From a virus (lineage: Duplodnaviria; Caudoviricetes), in the IMG/VR virus record IMGVR_UViG_3300021378_001388, positions 862 to 64,861 of that record: a stretch of 64,000 nucleotides of DNA; one strand, given 5' to 3'. Position 1 is the first letter of the stretch. Each line of letters opens with the position of its first letter. This document shows, in pieces, positions 56,571-64,000 of this stretch. The notes under the pieces are model-generated. The model had not been told where the DNA came from, did no database searches, and saw only the letters and a list, made by a program, of their open reading frames with translations. A program made the position numbers and the translations under genes.

Positions 56571-57697
56571 AGAGACATTCCACCAAAGGTATCAGAAGAT
56601 ACGTCTTGTTTGACTCCACCTTGAATATATGAAGTGATTTCTGTTTCTTGTGGTGCTACTTGAACATCTGCACCTGCAATCCATTTCTGTGTCCACGGTA
56701 AAGGGTTTGCTTGTGGAACAACATATGGACATTTTAGATTAACAGCAATCATACGTTTGCAACAAATCCATTCAATATAATCACTTAACAACTGTGCGTT
56801 AAGACCAATCATTGAGCCATCTTTAAATAGATATTCTGCCCACGCTTTTTCTTGTTCTACTGCATCAACAAACATCTGAATACATTCTTCTTCTGTTTCT
56901 TTTGCAATTTTAATATAATCTTTATCGTCTTTAGGTAAAATCTTTAGAAGTGATTGAGTAGAAGCCAAGTGCAAATTCTCATCACGTGCAATTAGTTTAA
57001 TAATCTTCGCATTGCCTTCCATCTTCTTAAGTTCAGCAAATGCCCAACTACAAGCAAACGATACATAGAAACGAACACCTTCTAAGATGTTAACACTCAT
57101 TAGTGTTTTGTATAATGCTTTCTTAAGTTCGTATAGGTCTACTTCAACTTTCTTGCCATTGACTGTATGTTTGCCTTCGCCTAGTAGTTGATACTTTAAT
57201 GATAAGTCAATGAGTTCATCGTAGTTAGTACTGATAGCATCAGCACAGTCTGTAATCTCAGGAATACTCATCATTTCATCAAATACTTTACTAGGATTAG
57301 AATATACATTACGAATAATATGTGTATAACTACGTGAGTGAATTGTTTCACTGAATGTCCAAGTTTGAATCCATGCTTCTAGTTCTGGAATACTTACTAA
57401 TGGCCCGAATGCTTCTACTGGCGCACGACCTTGTACACTATCTAGTATGATTTGTCTTTTAAGATTACTTGTGAAGATGTGTCTTTCATTATCTGTAAGA
57501 TTATTGAAGTCATTTGCATCCTTGTGGCAATCAACTTCTTCTGGTCGCCAAAAGAAACCCAACTGTTTATCAGTTAATTTATCAAATTGTTTATACTTCA
57601 ACATATCATATCGTTGAATTGTCACACCGCCCGATGGGTCTAAAAACGCCTTCGCAGTTGTGTGGTCTTGTTTATTTTTTGCGTTAAATACTGTCAT
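56567..57697 (-). CDS. nrdB: Class Ia ribonucleotide reductase beta subunit
   Basis: FFWRPEE, ETIHSRSY, LEGVRFYVSFA, RDENLH and VAPQETE. Confidence 0.97.
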   Translation of the reverse strand: MTVFNAKNKQDHTTAKAFLDPSGGVTIQRYDMLKYKQFDKLTDKQLGFFWRPEEVDCHKDANDFNNLTDNERHIFTSNLKRQIILDSVQGRAPVEAFGPLVSIPELEAWIQTWTFSETIHSRSYTHIIRNVYSNPSKVFDEMMSIPEITDCADAISTNYDELIDLSLKYQLLGEGKHTVNGKKVEVDLYELKKALYKTLMSVNILEGVRFYVSFACSWAFAELKKMEGNAKIIKLIARDENLHLASTQSLLKILPKDDKDYIKIAKETEEECIQMFVDAVEQEKAWAEYLFKDGSMIGLNAQLLSDYIEWICCKRMIAVNLKCPYVVPQANPLPWTQKWIAGADVQVAPQETEITSYIQGGVKQDVSSDTFGGMSL

Positions 57698-57709
57698 CTC
57701 TCTAATCCT

Positions 57710-58594
57710 CTAAGCAAACAACGATTGAAAAGTCGTATGTTTGTGTTTACCGTATTCATGGGCTTTACTCCAATCAATTTGTGTTTTTCCGTAATCTCTG
57801 AATCCACCTGGAATTCTGTTTCCATCGTTATCTAATAGTATTTTAAAAAAGCGTGGAAATAAATTTTCTATCACTTTATGGTCTTTCCATACTTGTTCAT
57901 GGGTTGTATCATTCCACACAGTTTGAGAAACATTTTTAGTTTCAGTACTTGAGTTTTGAAAACCAAACTGCTGACTTTCTATCCCACTTAATCCTGATGT
58001 GAGTATACTTAACAGAAAAAGAACATCTTCATTATATCTAATTTTTGTAGTATTAAGTTCTTCTAACTTTTCATATATATCTGCACCGTTTAGAAACAGT
58101 TGGCTAAACACTGGACTATTATTCAAATATGAAGAATGCCTTTGGTCATTACTTTCAGCAGGTGGTAATCCTATTCTGCATCCGCCACAATAACTAACTA
58201 TATCTAGTAAACTATCATATAGATTAAACATTTCTGTTAAGTCATCATCTGTGCAAACTCTCTTACTAGTCTTCATATCTTCTTCTAATCGTATGCCACT
58301 TTTTTTAAAATACTTCTGATTTCTTCTTTTGAAAACTAAATCATCATCTAAGACACAATACTTTATAGTACCAGCATCTTTGTATATACAATCTCGTGTC
58401 TTTGCCAGACATAAGTAATCGTCTAAATTTATTTCTTCAGGCAGAACTAGATATTCACAATCATAGGTGTATTGGTCTCGTTCCCAAGACTGAACAACCA
58501 TAACCACTCTTTCTTTTAGTGAATCAGAAAGACCGTTATATGTTATCTGGTTGTTAACTCTATTAACTGTTGGAATGTATATTTTCTCTATCAT
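57710..58594 (-). CDS. GT-A fold glycosyltransferase, TET-associated/GREB1-like pattern (start moved to ATG 58594)
   Basis: IYIPTVNR, LAKTR, VLDDDL and NEDV; own promoter TTGCAC-17-TATACT at 58601-58629. Confidence 0.6.
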   Translation of the reverse strand: MIEKIYIPTVNRVNNQITYNGLSDSLKERVVMVVQSWERDQYTYDCEYLVLPEEINLDDYLCLAKTRDCIYKDAGTIKYCVLDDDLVFKRRNQKYFKKSGIRLEEDMKTSKRVCTDDDLTEMFNLYDSLLDIVSYCGGCRIGLPPAESNDQRHSSYLNNSPVFSQLFLNGADIYEKLEELNTTKIRYNEDVLFLLSILTSGLSGIESQQFGFQNSSTETKNVSQTVWNDTTHEQVWKDHKVIENLFPRFFKILLDNDGNRIPGGFRDYGKTQIDWSKAHEYGKHKHTTFQSLFA

Positions 58595-58616
58595 AGTTCT
58601 AGTATAGCACAGAAAT

Positions 58617-60923
58617 CTATATCGTGCAACCTTCACAATCCTCATCATCAATTAAAGTGCCCATTGGAAGTTCTTCATTTTTATCCATGAAGTCACCATC
58701 AACATTTATTTCGCCTTGTCCATCAAATGTATTGAAGTAATACAATTGTTTTCCACCATACTTATAAAACATTATAAGATGTTGCAACATCACTGACATT
58801 GGAATCTTTTCATCTTCAAAGAATACAGGATTGTACGATGTATTGACCGATATACCTTGGTCGATATACTTTTGTAATACTGCCATAATCTTTAAATAAC
58901 CTTCTGGACTTTTCTGGTCCCATAGAAGTTCATATTTACTTTTCAACTTGTGAATACCAGGAACTACTTGCTTTAGTACTCCGTGCTTTGATTGTTTGAT
59001 ACTAACTAAACTACGTGGCGGTTCAATACCATTTGTAGAATTTGAAATCTGTGCAGATGTTTCTGCAGGCATAAGAGCCATTAATGTTGAATTTCTAATT
59101 CCATATTCTTTAAGGTCTTCTCTAAGAGATGCCCACGGCATTCTTTCTTTATGAGAAACAAGTTCGTCAATCTCTTTCTTACGAGTGTCAATTGGCACAA
59201 CACCGTGTCCGTATCTTGTTTCATCAGATTTCGGACAAGGTCCAATATCTTTTGCCAAATTATTTGAGGCTTTGATTAGATAATAACTCCATGCTTCTGC
59301 CCATTCATCGACTAACTCTAAGTTAGGGTCAGTATAGTTTGTATCATTTTTAGCCAGCCAATACGCAAAATTAATAATGCCTACGCCCAAAGGTCTCCTA
59401 TTATTTGTTGATAATTCAGCCGCAATGAGTGGATAATCTTGGTAACTCAATAGAGCATCAAGTCCTCTTACTGCTAACTCACAGGGCTTTTCAAAGTCTT
59501 CTGGAGATTTTATATTGCCCCAATTGATAGCACTAAGTGTGCAGAGAGCAATTTCGCCCTCTTCGTCCATCACACTGTTCAATGGCTTTGTTGGTAGATT
59601 AATCTCGCAACATAGATTTGATTGTTTGATTGGTGCCACTTTTGTATCAAAAGAACTGTGGTCATTTGCGTGGTCTACATTCATCAAATAGATACGGCCT
59701 GTATTCTTTCTCTCATTCATAAATGAAGAAAATAGTTCAATAGCAGGTACTGTTTTCTTACGAATAGATGTTTTACGTTCTGCTTGTTCATATAGTTCAC
59801 GGAACTTATCTTGGTCATTAAAGAATGCATCATACAATCCTGGGACATCTTGTGGTGAGAATAATGTAATATTGCCACCTGTCATTAGACGTTCATACAT
59901 CAGTTTATTGAACTGAACACCATAATCCATATGTCTAACACGATTATCTTCTGTGCCTTTGTTATTCTTTAAAACAAGTAAATCTTCGACTTCATAATGC
60001 CAAACAGGATAATATAATGTTGCCGCACCGCCACGAACACCACCTTGTGAACACGATTTAACAGCCGCTTGAAACATTTTATAGAATGGAATAACACCTG
60101 TATGACTTGCATCGCCATTACGAATAGGTGAGTTTATTGCTCGGATACTACCTGCTCCAACGCCAATCCCTGCTTTCTGAGAGACATATTTAACAATTGA
60201 ACTAGATGTCGCATTAATACTATCTAAACTATCTCCAGTCTCAATTAATACACAACTACTGAACTGTCTTTGTGGTGTACGAACTCCAGCCATAACAGGT
60301 GTTGGCAATGAGATGTCAAATGTACTGATGGCATCATAATATTCTTTTATCCACTTCAAACGTTCTTCTTGTGGATAATTACTAAACAATGTTGTCGCAA
60401 TAAGAACATACGCCATTTGCGGTGTCTCATACAAGCGTTTTGTAACTCTATTCTGTACTAAGTACTTTCCACGAAACTGTTCCATTCCAATATAAGTGAT
60501 ATCAAAATCTCGGTCGTGTTTAATAAAAGCATTAATTTTTTCCCACTCTTCGATTGAATATGCACTCAACAATGCTTTGTCGTAAAATCCAGACTCGACA
60601 TTTTTATTGACCAATTCTAAAAGATGAATTGGCTCAAAGTTGTTATATACTTCTTTTCTAATATGATAATTGATTAAGTTTCCAGCAACCCATTGATAAT
60701 TCGGTGTATCTTCTGATATTAATTCTGCCGCGGCTTTAATAAGTGTTTCTTGTATTTCACTACTTGTCATTCCGTTATAGAATTGTATATGTGATTTCAA
60801 TTCAACTTCACTGGCAGACACATTATTAATATTGTTACACGCTTCAAATACAACTTTGTGCATTTTTTCTAAATCTAAATCTTCTTTTTCTCCGTTTCGT
60901 TTAACTATCTGAATGTTACTCAT
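58617..60923 (-). CDS. nrdA: Class Ia ribonucleotide reductase alpha subunit
   Basis: ATP cone (IVKRNG), FSSC, QSNLCCEI, LYY and terminal CEGC. Confidence 0.97.
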   Translation of the reverse strand: MSNIQIVKRNGEKEDLDLEKMHKVVFEACNNINNVSASEVELKSHIQFYNGMTSSEIQETLIKAAAELISEDTPNYQWVAGNLINYHIRKEVYNNFEPIHLLELVNKNVESGFYDKALLSAYSIEEWEKINAFIKHDRDFDITYIGMEQFRGKYLVQNRVTKRLYETPQMAYVLIATTLFSNYPQEERLKWIKEYYDAISTFDISLPTPVMAGVRTPQRQFSSCVLIETGDSLDSINATSSSIVKYVSQKAGIGVGAGSIRAINSPIRNGDASHTGVIPFYKMFQAAVKSCSQGGVRGGAATLYYPVWHYEVEDLLVLKNNKGTEDNRVRHMDYGVQFNKLMYERLMTGGNITLFSPQDVPGLYDAFFNDQDKFRELYEQAERKTSIRKKTVPAIELFSSFMNERKNTGRIYLMNVDHANDHSSFDTKVAPIKQSNLCCEINLPTKPLNSVMDEEGEIALCTLSAINWGNIKSPEDFEKPCELAVRGLDALLSYQDYPLIAAELSTNNRRPLGVGIINFAYWLAKNDTNYTDPNLELVDEWAEAWSYYLIKASNNLAKDIGPCPKSDETRYGHGVVPIDTRKKEIDELVSHKERMPWASLREDLKEYGIRNSTLMALMPAETSAQISNSTNGIEPPRSLVSIKQSKHGVLKQVVPGIHKLKSKYELLWDQKSPEGYLKIMAVLQKYIDQGISVNTSYNPVFFEDEKIPMSVMLQHLIMFYKYGGKQLYYFNTFDGQGEINVDGDFMDKNEELPMGTLIDDEDCEGCTI

Positions 60924-60936
60924 TATACCCTCTACC

Positions 60937-61401
60937 CTAATATGTTGTTATCTCTGAATCTTCCATACCTGCAACACGTAACTTTATTATGTTGGACAGT
61001 TGAAAGTGTTTAATTTCAAACCCTTTTGTTATACCAAGATACTGATTTCTAATAAGTGCAACTTGGTTTATTAATTCACCAACTGCAACAATTTCATCTT
61101 CACCATCTGCATACTTTTCTGCATCTCTACTACTCAATACTTTATTATAATTTTCTAAATATTTCCTCAGATACGAACTTCTCTTCTTTCGTAACTGTAT
61201 ATTCAGATGTTCAAGTATTGCCTCTATCTCTTGTAATTGACCAAACCGAAGTTCAACATATGCAGGAAGATAAGTTGCATTTTTCTCAATGTTTCCAACT
61301 ATCTTCACTTCTTTTCTTGCGTCCGAAAGTTCACTTTCAAAAAATTGAATAAAGTTTGGAATTTCACTCCAGTCTTTTACTATTTTGCTATACCAATTCA
61401 T
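60937..61401 (-). CDS. Recombination mediator UvsY-like
   Basis: Helical protein with YNKVLSSRDAEKYADGE; close to uvsX. Confidence 0.6.
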   Translation of the reverse strand: MNWYSKIVKDWSEIPNFIQFFESELSDARKEVKIVGNIEKNATYLPAYVELRFGQLQEIEAILEHLNIQLRKKRSSYLRKYLENYNKVLSSRDAEKYADGEDEIVAVGELINQVALIRNQYLGITKGFEIKHFQLSNIIKLRVAGMEDSEITTY

Positions 61402-61634
61402 TAGTAATCATCACCATCATCATAATAATCGTCTTCATCTACTTCATCTTCAAAGTATCTGTCTAACGAAACCACAAGAATAGGGTTGCCATCTATTAGC
61501 AACTCAATGTCCTCACTACTCATTCCTAAATCGTCACACTGTTTTATGAACATTTCGCCGGCTTCTACTCTATCTTTGCCAGGAATATAGTTCACTAAAG
61601 TTTCCCACAATTCGTATAGCGATTCTGATTCCAA
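61401..61634 (-). CDS. Small acidic hypothetical protein
   Basis: TTG start with AGAGGAG SD; TATAAATA box at 61675-61682. Confidence 0.6.
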   Translation of the reverse strand: MESESLYELWETLVNYIPGKDRVEAGEMFIKQCDDLGMSSEDIELLIDGNPILVVSLDRYFEDEVDEDDYYDDGDDY

Positions 61635-61697
61635 GTTGACTCCTCTTAGTTTTGTCTTGTTATTGTAAGCAATCTATTTATACAGATTGCTCGATTT

Positions 61698-62777
61698 TTA
61701 TACTTCTTCCGAAGCAACAGTATCTTCTATTTCTACTTCTAATACTTCTGCAATATCTTCAGCATTCCAATCGTTCATAACAACATCAAGTTTTTCATCT
61801 GACCAATTCTTACGGAATTCAATCATTTCTTCGCCTGCTTTAGTCACATACTTCAATCGATTTCCTTGCTTAACAAGTAAACCTTTTGCTTCGAAAAACT
61901 CAACAAGACCACTATAAGGACTCATTCCAGTTTCATATGGAATCTCTACTTGAACACTCTCAAATGGTTTTGAGTATCGTGTTTTCATTACTTTACAAGC
62001 CGCACGAATACCGTGTACTTGTGAAGTTTTGTTGCCATCTGCATCTACTTTAAGTTTAAGTTTACGCATTGCAACTACAATAGAACTAGCGTAGATAAAG
62101 CCTTGACCACCTGAGATTTTATCATCTGGGTCAAACATATCTTGTGATGCGTATGTGTGATTTGTAGCAACTAGTCCTACATTATAATCACCAAACATAT
62201 TCACACTATTTCTTACTAGTGCCGCTAGGGCTTTTGGTTTACGACCCATATCACCTTTCATATCGCCACGATTGAACTGGTCAACATCGGTTGGGGTCAT
62301 CATCATTCCAAGACTATCAATAACAAATAAGACTTTAGGACGTTCTTCGTCTGGCTTATCTGCGTGGTCTTCTCTATAACCTTTCATAAAGTCTGAAATG
62401 ATTTTTGCAACATCATCAATCATTGCTACATTTAGTTTAAGCAACTTTTCTGGTGTTGTATCTACGTTAAGTGCGTGTAGCCAACTTTCATCTAGTGCAT
62501 TTTCACTATCGATTAAGACTACAAAAATTCCTTGGTCTTGTGCATTTTTTACTACGTTACCAGCGGCAATGAATGATTTACCTGCGCCACTTTCACCTGC
62601 AAAGACTGTTACCTTACCTAGTGGAATCCCTTTATGGAAGTCATTACTGATAAGTTTGTTTAATGTGAAATTACCTGTTGATACCCAAGTGTCTGGGTCT
62701 CTAAAACCAACGCTCATACCTGGAACTGATTTCGTTATATTTTTGCGAAATTTACTCGCATCGAAGGCTCGTGCCAT
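61698..62777 (-). CDS. uvsX: RecA/UvsX recombinase
   Basis: GESGAGKS, IDSENALD, VIDSLG and SGGQG..YASS. Confidence 0.93.
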   Translation of the reverse strand: MARAFDASKFRKNITKSVPGMSVGFRDPDTWVSTGNFTLNKLISNDFHKGIPLGKVTVFAGESGAGKSFIAAGNVVKNAQDQGIFVVLIDSENALDESWLHALNVDTTPEKLLKLNVAMIDDVAKIISDFMKGYREDHADKPDEERPKVLFVIDSLGMMMTPTDVDQFNRGDMKGDMGRKPKALAALVRNSVNMFGDYNVGLVATNHTYASQDMFDPDDKISGGQGFIYASSIVVAMRKLKLKVDADGNKTSQVHGIRAACKVMKTRYSKPFESVQVEIPYETGMSPYSGLVEFFEAKGLLVKQGNRLKYVTKAGEEMIEFRKNWSDEKLDVVMNDWNAEDIAEVLEVEIEDTVASEEV

Positions 62778-62798
62778 ATAATTCTCCTTATGTGATGT

Positions 62799-62833
62799 AA
62801 AAAGAGTAGGGGAGTATTATACTCCCCATACTC
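62799..62833 (-). terminator. Rho-independent terminator after the SSB gene
   Basis: GAGTA-T-GGGGAGTA-TAA-TACTCCCC-TACTC followed by TTTTT. Confidence 0.7.
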
Positions 62834-62845
62834 AATCATTGGTTC

Positions 62846-63841
62846 TTAGTCAGTTTTTCTACTACGAATCATTGCTAAGATATCTGCCGCATCTGACTTC
62901 GGTGCATCAGTAGATGTTTCTACTGGTGCTGGAGTCGGAGTTGGTGCTGATGCTTCTGCAACAGGTGTTGCTTCTGCTGTCGCAACTTCTTTAACTTCTT
63001 CTACTTTTGGAGCAGATGGAGTTGGAGTTGGAGCCGAAGTGCCTGCTGGAACATCTAACCCATAAGGTTTATAGTGCTGACCCCAACGAGATGGGTCATA
63101 CAATTCACCATCAACAGATGCTTCAAACATCTCTGTGATAATTCGCATATCATCTTCTGTTGGACGCTTAGGCATAAACTCATTCAAGTCATATAGACCG
63201 TGAGTTTCAATTGCTGAACGCTCGTCTTCATTTAGTGAACGCTCTTTACGAGACCACGATGAAGTTGAATAGTCTGCATACTGACCCTTAGTTGTCTTTG
63301 TTAGACGGAAATCAGTACCTTGTTCATAATCCGTTGGTAGATTATCCATATCTGGGTCCATCAGTGCCGCTTTAAGCAACTTAAAGATTTGTGGACCAAT
63401 GATAAATCTACGAATTGGATTTTCTGGTTGGTCACCACCGATAGGGTCAGTTACAACCAAACCTTGGAAAACATAAGAACGCTTTTTCCAATATGTACGA
63501 CCTAGGTCTTCCATTGCTGGGTCTTTAAACCAAGGACGAATTTCTGCGTGAATTGGGCAAGACTCGCCCCACATTTCAACGCAAGGTACTTGAACGATTA
63601 CTCGTTTCTGTTCATCACCACCTTTAACACCAGGGAACGGAAGTTTGATAACTTGACGTTCTTTCCAAAAGAATGTGTTTGTTGGGTCTGAGTCTGGAAG
63701 GAATCTCAATACTGATGTATTGTCGTTGTCCATATTCCAGAAAGGGTATACTGCATCTGTTCCTCTGTTTGAGGAAGCATTGTCTGATGCTTTGTTATCT
63801 TGTGCAAGAAGTTTTGCACGGATTTCTGCTAGTGTAGCCAT
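62846..63841 (-). CDS. Single-stranded DNA-binding protein (T4 gp32-like)
   Basis: VLRFLP, CPIH, YWKKRSY, GTDFRL and YADYSTS; P/A/T/E-rich linker. Confidence 0.88.
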   Translation of the reverse strand: MATLAEIRAKLLAQDNKASDNASSNRGTDAVYPFWNMDNDNTSVLRFLPDSDPTNTFFWKERQVIKLPFPGVKGGDEQKRVIVQVPCVEMWGESCPIHAEIRPWFKDPAMEDLGRTYWKKRSYVFQGLVVTDPIGGDQPENPIRRFIIGPQIFKLLKAALMDPDMDNLPTDYEQGTDFRLTKTTKGQYADYSTSSWSRKERSLNEDERSAIETHGLYDLNEFMPKRPTEDDMRIITEMFEASVDGELYDPSRWGQHYKPYGLDVPAGTSAPTPTPSAPKVEEVKEVATAEATPVAEASAPTPTPAPVETSTDAPKSDAADILAMIRSRKTD

Positions 63842-63936
63842 TTATATTCTCCTATATTAGCCTTTATTAGTTTTTTTCTTACTATTAGTTTTATATTAGT
63901 TTTTTATGTACCATACATATTTCTACTAATGATACT

Positions 63937-63965
63937 ATTATACTTATCTTTTTTACTAAAGTCAA
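63937..63965 (-). promoter_or_regulatory. sigma70-like promoter for the SSB gene
   Basis: TTGACT-17-TATAAT. Confidence 0.7.
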
Positions 63966-64000
63966 GCATTAAATCAGTCTTTTTGAATGTTTTTTGAAGG

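Noticed and set aside
758-63860. Numerous plus-strand and nested ORFs in the track (e.g. 11566-12168, 45652-46143, 49191-49634, 62398-62781)
   Set aside because: They are antisense or out-of-frame shadows of well-supported minus-strand genes, with S/I/F-rich composition and no SD or motifs. Only 42467-42859 is accepted.
1-64000. CRISPR array, tRNA genes, group I introns, inteins in nrdA/uvsX/helicase, homing endonucleases
   Set aside because: No regularly spaced repeats or cloverleafs were seen, intergenic gaps are short, and core genes are normal length and uninterrupted. This was by eye only; tRNAscan and Infernal were not run.
1-64000. Alternative genetic code (stop-codon reassignment)
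   Set aside because: The standard code gives near-complete coding density and full-length conserved proteins, and TAA, TAG and TGA are all used as stops.

Overview
This window is part of an AT-rich, densely coded large (jumbo-type) dsDNA phage genome with a T4-like replication and recombination core: gp32 SSB, UvsX, UvsY, NrdA/B, UvsW, a gp62-like subunit, primase and gp41 helicase. All credible genes but one lie on the minus strand. Accessory genes are unusually numerous: translation (IF3, bS21, peptide deformylase, a possible ArfA-like peptide), proteostasis (ClpS, ClpX, ClpP, Hsp20, M17 aminopeptidase), a complete PrkA/YeaG-YeaH-SpoVR triad, a TctA/TctC transporter among tailoring-type enzymes, nucleotide/SAM salvage enzymes, a PAAR-lysozyme fusion, and a 199-aa miniature DnaE-like protein. 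Intergenic DNA shows about 18 sigma70-like promoters and about 17 T4-late-like NATAAATA boxes. Several sit only 5-8 nt upstream of an ATG, which implies a class of leaderless mRNAs in a phage that carries its own IF3 and bS21. Other signals are a candidate -1 frameshift (A AAA AAG TAA), a ROSE-like thermometer before hsp20, and structured leaders before clpP, tctA and gp32. No tRNA, CRISPR array, intron or homing endonuclease was recognised. All product calls come from motif recognition by eye, not database searches.
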